A stretch of DNA of 64,000 bases from an uncultured Desulfurococcales archaeon (GTDB lineage Archaea > Thermoproteota > Thermoprotei_A > Sulfolobales > WANQ01): contig CAYXRT010000002.1 in the NCBI GenBank assembly GCA_964467535.1, positions 119,387 to 183,386 on the forward strand. Reading direction: 5' to 3'. The stretch's first letter is position 1. Each line of letters opens with the position of its first letter. Positions 8,549-18,800 of the stretch are shown piece after piece. Below the pieces are notes generated by a model. The model had not been told where the DNA came from. It saw nothing but the letters and a program-made list of their open reading frames with translations, and did no database searches. The position numbers were made by a program, and so were the translations under genes.

Positions 8549-8963
8549 CTATCTTTAATAAGTAATTGACCTCCTCTTTAAACATATCGAGTACTTCATC
8601 TATTGGTAATTCTGTAATCTTGTTTCTTCTAACCCATTCACATAGCATGGATATCATTAATTTCTTACCTTTTATGTCAAGTAATAATGGATATATCTTA
8701 CATGATAAAGGCTTTATCTTATGTATTTTACATGCTCTATTCTCTATGGAGTAAAAAGGACAAAAACCTCTTATAATCATTCTATAAATTTTTCGTTTAC
8801 CTAAAACACCTAGCTTTTTAAATACTATATCCACCTTAAAGCTCCTAGCGTAATCTAATAGTATTTTACGCTCAAAATCAAATACTATTGGCATTTCGTC
8901 TTCGGAGACAAAGAAGCAACAGTATATACATCGAAGGCACTTGAATTTCAATATATCTACCAT
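8529..8963 (-). CDS. YkgJ-family cysteine-cluster protein (CxxCxxCC, UPF0153)
   Basis: 144 aa with an N-terminal CLRCIYCC motif and later Cys residues (FCPFY, ACKIH, SCKIYP), typical of the family. Confidence 0.6.
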   Translation of the reverse strand: MVDILKFKCLRCIYCCFFVSEDEMPIVFDFERKILLDYARSFKVDIVFKKLGVLGKRKIYRMIIRGFCPFYSIENRACKIHKIKPLSCKIYPLLLDIKGKKLMISMLCEWVRRNKITELPIDEVLDMFKEEVNYLLKIVELIQG

Positions 8964-9057
8964 TAATTTTTAAGTTGTAGCAATATAATATTCTTAAATG
9001 AATATATGATGAAGGGTGCAAACGCAGATAAATGAAGAAAAAATAATTGCTGAACCT

Positions 9058-9114
9058 CATTCAGTTATGAGGGGTTCTTCATTTATCCGAACTCGGCAAA
9101 TTCATCATCACATA
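9058..9114 (-). ncRNA. C/D box sRNA (2'-O-methylation guide)
   Basis: The minus strand reads AUGAUGA (C, plus 9102-9108) + AUUUGCCGAGUU (12 nt) + CGGA (D'-like) + UAA + AUGAAGA (C'-like) + ACCCCUCAUAA (11 nt) + CUGA (D, plus 9061-9064). Box spacing is canonical for archaea. Guide 1 is complementary to the conserved large-subunit rRNA sequence AACUCGGCAAAU, as I recall it. Confidence 0.65.
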
Positions 9115-9176
9115 GAGATAAATTCTAATTAAGTATTTAAGCGTTTACATAATAATAACATTTAATGGGTGTAAGC

Positions 9177-9281
9177 ATGGGAGGCAGACAAAGAACAACA
9201 CTATTTATGGGATTAGAGAAGATAAAGGGATCATCAGGCGAAGAAATAACTACAAAGAAGGGCAAAAAGTCAAAGAAGTAA
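9177..9281 (+). CDS. Possible small basic protein (34 aa)
   Basis: ATG-initiated ORF MGGRQRTTLFMGLEKIKGSSGEEITTKKGKKSKK, below the ORF-track length cutoff. It lies just upstream of the SPOUT/rpl3 cluster. No homology recognised. Confidence 0.2.
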   Translation: MGGRQRTTLFMGLEKIKGSSGEEITTKKGKKSKK

Positions 9282-9317
9282 TCTCATAGTTTCTCTCTTA
9301 AACCTAAGGTAATAAAG

Positions 9318-10208
9318 TTGGATGAAAACCTAAAGAGAAACGTATCGCATAACATAGTATTACCCAAACGCAGAATACATAAACTCATTTTAGCATTTCC
9401 TGCATCAACAACCGTTATCGAACAAACATTACGTGAAAAGACACTAGCTGTGGGAAGAATCGGCAGATATATATCAATATTTAGAATCGATGAAGTAATC
9501 GTTTATGTAGATGATAAAAAATATGAAGAGGAGGCGAATATAATCATAGATATATTAAAGTACATGGAGGTACCCCCATACCTTAAGAAAAAGATTATTC
9601 CATTGAAAAAGACCTTAAAATATGCAGGATTATTACCGCCTCTTCAAGCACCCCATCATCAAACCAACATAGATGTTCAAGTAGGTGAAATAAGAGAGGC
9701 AATTGTAGTTAAGGATGGTAAACGCGTATTGATAGATGTAGGTTCAAGGAACTACTTTGAATTAGAACAACAAGGTGAATCTAAGTTAAGAAAAGGAATG
9801 AGGCTAACGGTTAAGATATTATCATTAACTCCTCCTAAAGCTAAGATAATTGATAGGAATAGTATTGATGCTTACTGGGGTTTCAAAGTAATTAAGGTAC
9901 ATAGTTTAAAAAATGCCATAACCTATTCAAAAGCAGATCTAATAATCGCTACAAGCCGTTACGGTAGGTATATTAATGAGGTAATGGATGACCTAAAAAA
10001 AGATATGATGAAATCGCAAAGAATTCTCATACTCTTTGGAGGTCCGTATAAAGGACTTTATGAAATAGCTAGAGATGAGGGATGGTATTTGGAGGAAAAG
10101 GTTCATTATGTAATAAATACTGTACCTTATCAAGGCGTTAAAACTGTAAGAACCGAGGAAGCAATAGGAATAACGTTATCGATAATAAATATTCTTCTTC
10201 CCATATAA
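9318..10208 (+). CDS. SPOUT-superfamily putative RNA methyltransferase (COG2106/DUF171, MTH1-like)
   Basis: 296 aa. Its position immediately upstream of rpl3 matches what I recall for other archaea (the MTH1-rpl3 arrangement). The C-terminal GGPYKGL-type segment is consistent with a knotted SPOUT fold. Confidence 0.55.
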   Translation: MDENLKRNVSHNIVLPKRRIHKLILAFPASTTVIEQTLREKTLAVGRIGRYISIFRIDEVIVYVDDKKYEEEANIIIDILKYMEVPPYLKKKIIPLKKTLKYAGLLPPLQAPHHQTNIDVQVGEIREAIVVKDGKRVLIDVGSRNYFELEQQGESKLRKGMRLTVKILSLTPPKAKIIDRNSIDAYWGFKVIKVHSLKNAITYSKADLIIATSRYGRYINEVMDDLKKDMMKSQRILILFGGPYKGLYEIARDEGWYLEEKVHYVINTVPYQGVKTVRTEEAIGITLSIINILLPI

Positions 10209-10261
10209 CGTTATCTTTTAAATCTCAGACTCGTAGGAGACTAGAAGGTAAGGGGTTATCA

Positions 10262-11278
10262 ATGGGAGCACGAAAGAAGAGGGCACCACGTAGAGGAAGC
10301 CTAGGACTAAGGCCTAGAAAGAGGGCCTCGGAAATAGTACCTAGGATTAGGTCTTGGCCTGAAGTACAATCAGAAACACCTTTACTGCTAGCCTTTGCAG
10401 GCTATAAAGCAGGTATGACACATGCATATATTATTGATGATAGACCAAATGTACCAACCTCAGGTAAGGAGATATTCGTACCAATAACAGTAATAGAAGC
10501 ACCATCAATGATAATATTAGCTATTAGAGCTTATACTTATGATCCAAACAAAGGATTATTAACATTTACAGAAGCTTGGGCACCACCACCAGAAGAACTA
10601 GAAATTCATAGAAGAATACCAAGGCTAAATATAACTGATATGGATAAGAAATTAAAGCTAATAGAAGAACATTTAGATGAAATAGCAGACATAAGAGTGT
10701 TAGCAGCTACACAACCAAAGCTTGTAGGTGGTCTAAGCAAGAAAGTTCCAGATATAATTGAAATAAAGATAGGTGGAGGAAAAGACTTACAAGATAGATT
10801 TGAATACGCTAAAAAGATACTAGGAACCCAAGTAAGTATAAGAGACGTATTTAAGGAAGGACAATTTATTGATGTAATAGCAGTAACAAAAGGAAAGGGA
10901 TTTGCAGGAGTAATAAAGAGATTTGGAGTAAAAGAATTACCCAGATGGCATAAGCATAGAAAAGGAAGTAGAAAGGTAGGAGCTAGAAGCCCAGGAATAG
11001 GAGCACTAAGTACAGTACCTCAACCAGGTCAATTAGGATTCCATAGAAGAACGGAATATAATAAGAGGATAATCAAAATAGGAGATAATGGATTGGAAAT
11101 AACACCAAAAGGAGGATTTATGCACTACGGAATAGTAAGATCAACATATGTATTACTTCAAGGAAGCGTACCTGGGCCTAGAAAAAGAATTATAGTAATG
11201 AGACATCCTATAAGGCCAACCCCATGGGAGCCCCAAGGACCTCCAATAATAACCTACATAAGCCTTGAAAGTAAGTAA
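10262..11278 (+). CDS. rpl3: 50S ribosomal protein L3
   Basis: 338 aa with [22 protein letters not shown].. and [23 protein letters not shown] motifs. First gene of the L3-L4-L23 cluster. Confidence 0.97.
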   Translation: MGARKKRAPRRGSLGLRPRKRASEIVPRIRSWPEVQSETPLLLAFAGYKAGMTHAYIIDDRPNVPTSGKEIFVPITVIEAPSMIILAIRAYTYDPNKGLLTFTEAWAPPPEELEIHRRIPRLNITDMDKKLKLIEEHLDEIADIRVLAATQPKLVGGLSKKVPDIIEIKIGGGKDLQDRFEYAKKILGTQVSIRDVFKEGQFIDVIAVTKGKGFAGVIKRFGVKELPRWHKHRKGSRKVGARSPGIGALSTVPQPGQLGFHRRTEYNKRIIKIGDNGLEITPKGGFMHYGIVRSTYVLLQGSVPGPRKRIIVMRHPIRPTPWEPQGPPIITYISLESK

Positions 11279-11294
11279 AAGGGTGCTGTAATTC

Positions 11295-12110
11295 ATGATA
11301 GGCTCAACTATGATATTATTGATTAGAGAACCACCAAGGGTACCAGTATATAACTTAGAAGGAGAAGTTATAGAAGAAATACAGTTACCTAGAGTATTTG
11401 GTTTACCTGTAAGAAAGGACCTCATAAAAAGAGCCTTCTTAAGCGCATTTACAGCAAGGCTACAGCCCAAGGGAAGAGATCCTATGGCAGGTAAGAGGAC
11501 AACTGCAAGAAGTTTTGGAGTAGGTCTAGGAATGGCAAGGGTCCCAAGAATACCTGGAACAGGAAGAGCTGCATTAATAAACTCAGCTGTAGGTGGAAGA
11601 TTAGCCTTCCCACCTACACCACTTAAGAAACTACATGAAGAAATTAATAAAAAGGAAATGAAATTAGCAGTGATGTCAGCGTTAGCAGCAACTAGTATAC
11701 CGAAGATGGTTACTCTGAGAGGACATAGAGTAGTTTTTGATAAACTACCTATAATATTAGTAGATGATTTCGAGGAAATACCAAGAACAAGGCATGTAAA
11801 GGAGGTATTAATGAAACTAAAGATATGGGATGACGTAGAGAGAGCACATAAGGGGATAAAAATTAGAGCAGGTAAAGGAAAAATGCGTGGACGTAGAAAG
11901 AAAGTACCTAAGAGCTTCCTAGCGATAATAAGTAACCATGAAGCACCGGTGAGAAAGGCACTAGAAAATCTACCAGGAGTAGATGTAACAACACCATACT
12001 TACTAAACATACTCCACCTGGCACCTGGAGGCGTACCAGGAAGATTAACAATAATAACGAAGAAAGCACTAGAAATAATTAATCAAAGATTTGAGGTACT
12101 CGTCCCATGA
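11295..12110 (+). CDS. rpl4: 50S ribosomal protein L4
   Basis: 271 aa with [41 protein letters not shown] and [13 protein letters not shown] motifs. The exact start is uncertain because internal Met codons lie within the first 7 codons. Confidence 0.95.
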   Translation: MIGSTMILLIREPPRVPVYNLEGEVIEEIQLPRVFGLPVRKDLIKRAFLSAFTARLQPKGRDPMAGKRTTARSFGVGLGMARVPRIPGTGRAALINSAVGGRLAFPPTPLKKLHEEINKKEMKLAVMSALAATSIPKMVTLRGHRVVFDKLPIILVDDFEEIPRTRHVKEVLMKLKIWDDVERAHKGIKIRAGKGKMRGRRKKVPKSFLAIISNHEAPVRKALENLPGVDVTTPYLLNILHLAPGGVPGRLTIITKKALEIINQRFEVLVP

Positions 12111-12370
12111 AAGACCCCTTAAAAATACTAATTAGACCCCTTCATACAGAAAAAGCACTACTGTTAATAGAAAAGGAGAACACATTGATATTCATAGTAG
12201 ATCGTAAGGCAACAAAACATGATATAAAATATGCTATCGAAAAGCTATTTGAAGTTAAAGTTGAAAGAGTAAATACCTTAATAACCCCAAGAGGAGAGAA
12301 GAAAGCATACATAAAGCTGGCACCAGAATACAAAGCATCAGAAATAGCCATGAAGCTAGGATTACTCTAA
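12107..12370 (+). CDS. rpl23: 50S ribosomal protein L23
   Basis: 87 aa. A 4-nt ATGA overlap with rpl4. [31 protein letters not shown] is typical of L23. Confidence 0.95.
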   Translation: MKDPLKILIRPLHTEKALLLIEKENTLIFIVDRKATKHDIKYAIEKLFEVKVERVNTLITPRGEKKAYIKLAPEYKASEIAMKLGLL

Positions 12371-12458
12371 GTCTTAATAACCTAAATAATTTAATTAACT
12401 CTAATTCTTCTAGCAATACACACATATACCTAAAAAGCCTAGTTTCTCTAGGGCATTA

Positions 12459-13637
12459 GTGCACGACTTCATGTTAAACTCCATCCTTAATTCAAGAGCA
12501 AAGAGGTTAGAATGGTCACCAGTAGAAGTTGTTTCAAGAATAATTGGAGAAAGAAAAAATGTTATAAACTTAGCCGGAGGATCACCTGATCCAAGACTAA
12601 TACCTATAAGAGAGATTAAAGAAGCAGTAAATGAAGCAATAGAAGAGTACGGAACTAGTACTGTTGGTTATCCCGGAGCTGGTGGATTAAAGGAGTTAAG
12701 AAAGGAAGTAAGAATTTTTCTAAACAAAATGGGTATTAAAGTAAATGGTAAGGAGATCATAATCACTGCCGGAGCACAGCACGCAATGAACATTATAGCA
12801 AACATATTATTATCGGAGCAGGACTTCTTTCTTGCAGAAAACCCTACGTTCGTAGAAACATTTCAAGCATTAAAATTCTATACGCCTAATTACAAGGCCG
12901 TGACATTAGATGACCAAGGACTAGTAGTAGATGATGTTGCTAAAATTCTTAAAAGCACCCCAAAACCAAAGATAGTTTATACCATACCTACTGCCCATAA
13001 CCCTACAGGAATATCGCTATCAGAGGATAGAAGAAGATACTTGATAGAACTATGTAGTACTCATAACGTATTAGTAATAGAGGATGATCCTTATAGGTTT
13101 ATAATAGGTAAACCACCAACTGCCCTAATAAATTATGATAAAAATAACATAGTACTATATGTTGGAAGCTTCAGTAAAATCATAGCACCAGGTCTTAGAG
13201 TGGGGTATGTACTAGCCCCTAGGTATCTTTCAGAAAAATTAGAACAAATAGAACAATTAGACTTTGCTACATCGACTTTATCGATGTATATAGTTCTTAA
13301 GCTTCTAAGGAAAAATGTTATAGAGAAAAGGTTGCCTATGCTAATTAAAGCTTATCAGGATAAGATGAAGATTTTACTAAATGCTCTAGAAGAATTCATG
13401 CCCCCATATGTTGATTGGACTAAGCCTATAGGAGGCTTCTTTGTCTTACTTAAAGCTAAGGGAAGAAACCTAGCTAAACTGCTTGACAGGGCTATACGTG
13501 AAGGTGTAGCATATGTACCTGCTCATTTATTCTATATTGAGAATCCTGACTATAGTACGGCTAGATTAAGTATAGGACCTGTAAGGGAGGAGGATATAAC
13601 AGAGGGAGTCAGAAGATTAGCAAAAGTGTTACTATGA
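12459..13637 (+). CDS. PLP-dependent aminotransferase, class I/II (LysN/aromatic aminotransferase-like)
   Basis: 392 aa with YTIPTAHNPTG and the PLP-lysine motif SFSKIIAPGLRVGY. Confidence 0.85.
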   Translation: MHDFMLNSILNSRAKRLEWSPVEVVSRIIGERKNVINLAGGSPDPRLIPIREIKEAVNEAIEEYGTSTVGYPGAGGLKELRKEVRIFLNKMGIKVNGKEIIITAGAQHAMNIIANILLSEQDFFLAENPTFVETFQALKFYTPNYKAVTLDDQGLVVDDVAKILKSTPKPKIVYTIPTAHNPTGISLSEDRRRYLIELCSTHNVLVIEDDPYRFIIGKPPTALINYDKNNIVLYVGSFSKIIAPGLRVGYVLAPRYLSEKLEQIEQLDFATSTLSMYIVLKLLRKNVIEKRLPMLIKAYQDKMKILLNALEEFMPPYVDWTKPIGGFFVLLKAKGRNLAKLLDRAIREGVAYVPAHLFYIENPDYSTARLSIGPVREEDITEGVRRLAKVLL

Positions 13638-13652
13638 AGTTATACGATAAGT

Positions 13653-14381
13653 TTACCTACGTCGTCCCTTTCTCCTACCTGTTTGTCGAGCGGCTATATG
13701 GCCAACCTTACGTCCAGGTGGTGCTTCCCTGGGCACAGTTGTAGGCTTACCAGGTCTTTGATGTCTACCGCCACCATGAGGATGACTTACAGCATTCATA
13801 GCAACTCCTCTAACTCTAGGCCATTTCCTAGCCTTTCTCTTCCACTTATGGTAGGCGGCCCCAGCCTTTAACAACGGTTTTTCAATTCTACCAGCACCAG
13901 CTGGAACACCTATAGTTGCTCTACATTCATTAGGAATTGTTTTAGTCTTGCCGCTGGGTAATTGAATGATTGTCTTATTACCCGTTCTACCTAAAATTAC
14001 TGCATAACTTCCTGCTTGTCTAGCTAACTTTCCTCCATCACCAGGCCTTATTTCTACATTATATATTTGTGTTCCTTCAGGGATAGATCCCACTGGCAAT
14101 ATATTGCCATTGGCTATAGGAGCGTTAGGACCTACATGGACTATTTGTCCGATGAACATGCCCTCGGCAGCCGGCATATAAAATTCAATACCGTTTTCTA
14201 GTACTATATGTGCTAAAGGAACGTATCGTCCAGGATCGTGAACTAGCTCAACCACTTTACCCTTAAATGTCTGATCAACCGGTATAGGAGGATATCTAGC
14301 AGGAGCTACATGAATATGGCCTGGAGACCTAAATGTAGGTCCTGCACGCCCCATTCTTTGTACTAGTATACGCTTACCCAT
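13653..14381 (-). CDS. rpl2: 50S ribosomal protein L2
   Basis: Likely start MGKRILVQRMGRAG at 14381; the ORF extends to 14393. Motifs GNILPVGSIPEGT, VAMNAVSHPHGGG. It is inverted relative to rpl23 and is not followed by rps19. Confidence 0.95.
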   Translation of the reverse strand: MGKRILVQRMGRAGPTFRSPGHIHVAPARYPPIPVDQTFKGKVVELVHDPGRYVPLAHIVLENGIEFYMPAAEGMFIGQIVHVGPNAPIANGNILPVGSIPEGTQIYNVEIRPGDGGKLARQAGSYAVILGRTGNKTIIQLPSGKTKTIPNECRATIGVPAGAGRIEKPLLKAGAAYHKWKRKARKWPRVRGVAMNAVSHPHGGGRHQRPGKPTTVPREAPPGRKVGHIAARQTGRRKGRRR

Positions 14382-14420
14382 ATCACTATACACCTACCCT
14401 AGCCTAGTAAACAGCGAAGC

Positions 14421-14427
14421 TTATAAA
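14421..14427 (-). promoter_or_regulatory. TATA-like box (TTTATAA on minus strand) upstream of rpl2
   Basis: Located in the 63-nt hisS-rpl2 spacer, about 43 nt upstream of the rpl2 ATG. A GGTAGGTG Shine-Dalgarno-like element lies between them. Pattern only. Confidence 0.3.
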
Positions 14428-14444
14428 CATATTCTTACATTTTC

Positions 14445-15746
14445 TTACATTTTAAGCACTCTAGACAATAATTTCCCAGCTTCCTCTATTTTAACATTAA
14501 ATCTTTCACCCTTATCTCTAACATAGAAGGTGATACTATTATTCTGATACTCTTTTTCGCCAATAAATGCTATTATTGGTACATCAAGCCTCCTAGCATC
14601 TCTCCTTTGCTTATCTTCAGGTCTCCTCATAACATCAATCCTAACATTAAATCCTAAATCCCTTAACCTATTGGCAACATTCCATGCGTAGTTAAAGAAT
14701 TTTTCATCCATGTAGACTACATATATTTGGGTTACAGTTTTAGGTTTAAAACTAAATATTCCAAGTTCAATACCTGCATCAATTACTCTCTCAATACCAA
14801 TACTAACACCTGTAGCTGGAATGTCTATGCCAATAAACATTCCAATAAGATTATCATATCTACCGCCACCAGCAAGAGAACCAAAACGAATATTAGTTAA
14901 AACTACTTCGTGGATAGGGCCTGTGTAGTAGTCAAGGCCTCTTACCAAGCTTAGGTCAAGTACTATTCTATTTTGATCTTTAACTAGTTCTAAAATTCTA
15001 TATAGGCTGCTAATAGCTATTTGGACATTCCTATTCCTTTCGAATTGAGATTCTATACTCGATAATATTTCATCTGGGCTACCTTTAATGGATATTAGAT
15101 TTATAATTTTATCAACAATGTCACTAGATAAACCTTTTAGGATTAACTCCTTTTTCACTCCTTCCACGCCTATTTTATCAAGCTTATCTATAGTCCTATA
15201 CACAGGTAAAACTTCTGTTATTCCAAGTGATTCTTCAAAAATACCTGAAAGAAGCCTTCTGTCATTAAGCCTTATAATATAGTCTTTAAACCCTAGTTCA
15301 TTAAAAACATCTATTATTACGTTTAAGATTTCGGCATCAGCTTCAGGATAAGGGGAACCAACTATATCGGCATCACATTGATAGAACTCTCTATACCTTC
15401 CCCTTTGAGGCTCTTCATGCCTCCATACGAGACCTATATGATATCTCTTGAAAGGTAATGAAGTATTCCTGTGAGTAGCATAATACCTTGCGAGGGGAAC
15501 TGTTAAGTCGTACCTAAGTGCATATTCCCTTTTACTCCAAGGATCAATAAATCTCCAGATGAGCTTACTTTCAGCTTCACTACCATATTTACCGGCAAGA
15601 ACCTCCCAATATTCAATAGCAGGAGTGTCTATAGGGTCAAAACCATAACGTTGGAAAACCTTCTCAATTCTACTTAAGACCTTCTTTCTCAATAACATTA
15701 CTTCAGGTGTAAAATCTCTAAATCCTCTAGGAGGTTGCACCTTCAT
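14445..15746 (-). CDS. hisS: Histidine--tRNA ligase
   Basis: 433 aa with class II aaRS motifs: RGFRDF at the N-terminus, YHIGLVWRHEEPQRGRYREFYQCD, GGGRYDNL. Confidence 0.95.
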   Translation of the reverse strand: MKVQPPRGFRDFTPEVMLLRKKVLSRIEKVFQRYGFDPIDTPAIEYWEVLAGKYGSEAESKLIWRFIDPWSKREYALRYDLTVPLARYYATHRNTSLPFKRYHIGLVWRHEEPQRGRYREFYQCDADIVGSPYPEADAEILNVIIDVFNELGFKDYIIRLNDRRLLSGIFEESLGITEVLPVYRTIDKLDKIGVEGVKKELILKGLSSDIVDKIINLISIKGSPDEILSSIESQFERNRNVQIAISSLYRILELVKDQNRIVLDLSLVRGLDYYTGPIHEVVLTNIRFGSLAGGGRYDNLIGMFIGIDIPATGVSIGIERVIDAGIELGIFSFKPKTVTQIYVVYMDEKFFNYAWNVANRLRDLGFNVRIDVMRRPEDKQRRDARRLDVPIIAFIGEKEYQNNSITFYVRDKGERFNVKIEEAGKLLSRVLKM

Positions 15747-15877
15747 GTTAATCCTCTAACAGCATCCTACCTAATAATATAATTTAAACATTTTTGAAAT
15801 ATGAGTTTAAGACAAACTTAAAATTACAGCAAAGTATTTAAAAAATAGATGTTATTAGTTTTGATATTAGTATAAAT

Positions 15878-18800
15878 TTAACCTATTACGTTGACTGTTA
15901 CTGGTATAACTATCATTGTTGGTATTCTACCGAGTTCTAACCTCATATCATTATAGATTGCTCCTAGGGCGTACCAAGATAATCTGGGGTTCATTATGAT
16001 TATGTACGCGGTATGTACACCAGGCTCCAAGGCTTTTATGGTAACTTTTATTTCATGCTCCTTACCTACGCCTAATATTGTAGGTTCAACAGTTACTGCT
16101 AGACCTGGTGTAGGTACGAGTGCTGTGACAATGGATTTGCTCATAGCGTAAGGTCCGCTTAGCTTTATAGTTGTAGTGTATTCCTCTCCTACTGAGAGGG
16201 AGACTCCTACAGCTTTTACTGAAGATCTTATAGGTATTATAGTTAATTTATAAGGTTCTGGGTATACCTTTTCAGCTGATATGAGTACATTTCTAATAAC
16301 AATTCTATAAACTCCTGGAGTTACTGTTGAAGCAAATGTAGTTGCAATAGTCTTATATGGTTTATCGTAGTGTGAATGCCATCCATATCTGCCGAAGCCT
16401 ACCATTATTCTTAATGGTAGAGTTATTTTACCACCTACATTAGCTCCTGGAAGAACTAGTGATGGCGGTCCTGCCATAGGTGCAGGCGAGCCTTTACCAA
16501 CGACATATACATCTATGTTAGTATTGTTCTCGATCCAGGTTACTATTACATAAAGTCCTACTATTGATGGATCGGTTATGTTTACTGGTATAATTCTCCA
16601 ATCACCGCTTTCAGGTCTCCAGTACCAATCCCAGTCTCCACGTACATAGTAGTTTTCATAAATTCTACCAGTCTTTACAGGTGTCAATACCAGGCTTGTA
16701 GTATCTTTTGAAATCTCAGCCCCTACAACTACTGATACAGGTACTAGGGTAGTTCCATATTCGCATTCAATGATAACATATCCTTCGTAGAAGCCTGGAG
16801 GAGTGTCCTCAGGTACTGTTACAGTTACCTTGACCGTAGCCCTTCCATTAACTTCGACCTCAGTATCTGATAACTTAATCCAATCCCAGGGTATTCTCTC
16901 ATATCTCGTAATGAATAATCTAATTGGAACTACAACACTCATCCCCTGTGACACATAGAGATTTCCATTAACGAATATGGTTACTATAGGTTCACAGTGA
17001 TACTTAGTAATGTCGATTCCATAATATTCTGCTATAAGGTCTTTTAATATCTTGATCTTCCTTTCATAAAATCCAACTGGTATTTTCCATGTATTACTGA
17101 CACTATACCAGTGTGGATCATGTATATCAGCTAATTCTGGTCTTGTAATAGACCCATCCTTATCTAGATCTATCCAGTATCTAAGAGCTAAACCTAGCCA
17201 CAGCCAGTGTATATATGGTCCTTTTCTGCCTAGAGGTTCAACAATTCTATATGGAACACTCATGTCGACTTCTATTAATGGTACCCCTTTTAGTACGTCT
17301 TCAGAAACTGGTATATAGATTCCAGCGGCAGTTGTTGTCAAATTAACTAATATTATGCCTTTTTCAGCATCTATTCCGACGATGTATTTGGATAATGGCT
17401 CGTATACTCCTTTCTCTACATTGTATATGACAGCTCTTTCAAGATCTAGATATTTAACGAGAGGTAATCTCTCCTTAGCGATTACTTCTACGGCATAAAT
17501 CTTTGTTTTACCTTTACCCTCAAGAATGAGCTTGAATTCACTACTCTCACCAGGCATTACTACACCAGTGTATATTTGTGTATCTCTTAGCGGAGCGACT
17601 ATAGACTTGCCAAGTACAGCTCTCCCTTCACCTAGTTCTTTTTCTATATTCATTGAAGTTTCATAAGTGTATGCTATTAGTCCTTTACCTTCCATAATCA
17701 TCTTTACAGCTCTATATACATCAACATGCCCTGAACCTTGAGTATAAGCATCAAATCCTAGGTCCTTAGCACAGCTCTTTAGTATAGCCTTAACCATATC
17801 AGGTGATGGATTAGTACCATATTTTTCACGATATGCCTGTATAATTAAAGCAACTGAACCAGCAGTCATTGGTGTGGCTTCACTTGTACCACCGAATAAC
17901 GAGTAGGTCTTTGTTCCATCACCAACACCTGCCCAAGTATACGTTCCAGCCCATGCATTATTGCCTATGTTTACTACATCAGGTTTAGCTGTACCTAGTT
18001 CTGTAGGACCTCTATCACTCCACTCAACAACATCATAGTATGCTCCTGGTAGTAAGCCTAGTTCATCATATAACCATGTACCTAGAGTTGAAGCACCAAC
18101 ACTAATAACATAACTTGCTGAACCAGGTACAGCTGCTGTTCCATATCCGGGTCCTCCATTACCCATAGCATGACATATAACGGTTCCCGTTACGGCAACG
18201 ATATAATCTTCAATGAGGCTTGAAGGATCATATGGTCTACCAAAGCCTGCACCCCACCATCCTGGTATCATCCAATAGCTTGAACCCCAGCTATTAGTTA
18301 TAATGTCAACTTTATGTTTACCAACATATCTCCATAACCATGGATATTCATAGTCGTGTCCACTAAGCCATAATTGGGCTACAAGCCAGTTAGGCCACCA
18401 TAAACCGGGAGCTGCTGCTAATTTGGCACCAGGAGCTATACCATAGAGCTTGGTCTTAGTGTATCCTAGGTCATATTCTATAGTGCCTCTACCGCCAACG
18501 ACGTTAGCACAGCTCGTTCCATGATATAGGAAGTCGTACTCTAAGTCAACCCACATACCATTAGGATCTAAGCCAGGTAATATTCCACCACTTATTAACT
18601 CGTAATTATGTCTCCAATCACCAAACTCTGTAACACCCGTAAGAATACCCAAAGCGTCATAGACATAGCCTGCAAGCGTTCCAAGGCTGAAATCTACTAC
18701 ACCATCTCCATTAAAGTCTCTAGCAGCAACCTCATTACCATAATATATAGGTACTTCATCAGCAAAACTATAGTCAAGCCATGAGGAATCAGGTGGAGGT

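Noticed and set aside
8878-9060. 60-aa minus-strand ORF next to the C/D sRNA
   Set aside because: The peptide is an implausible hydrophobic/aromatic low-complexity sequence. The region is better explained as the YkgJ-like gene's upstream region plus sRNA flank.
11153-12010. 285-aa minus-strand ORF covering most of rpl4
   Set aside because: It is antisense to an unmistakable ribosomal protein gene. The product is low-complexity (S/L/F/P-rich) with no motif. This is a typical shadow ORF.
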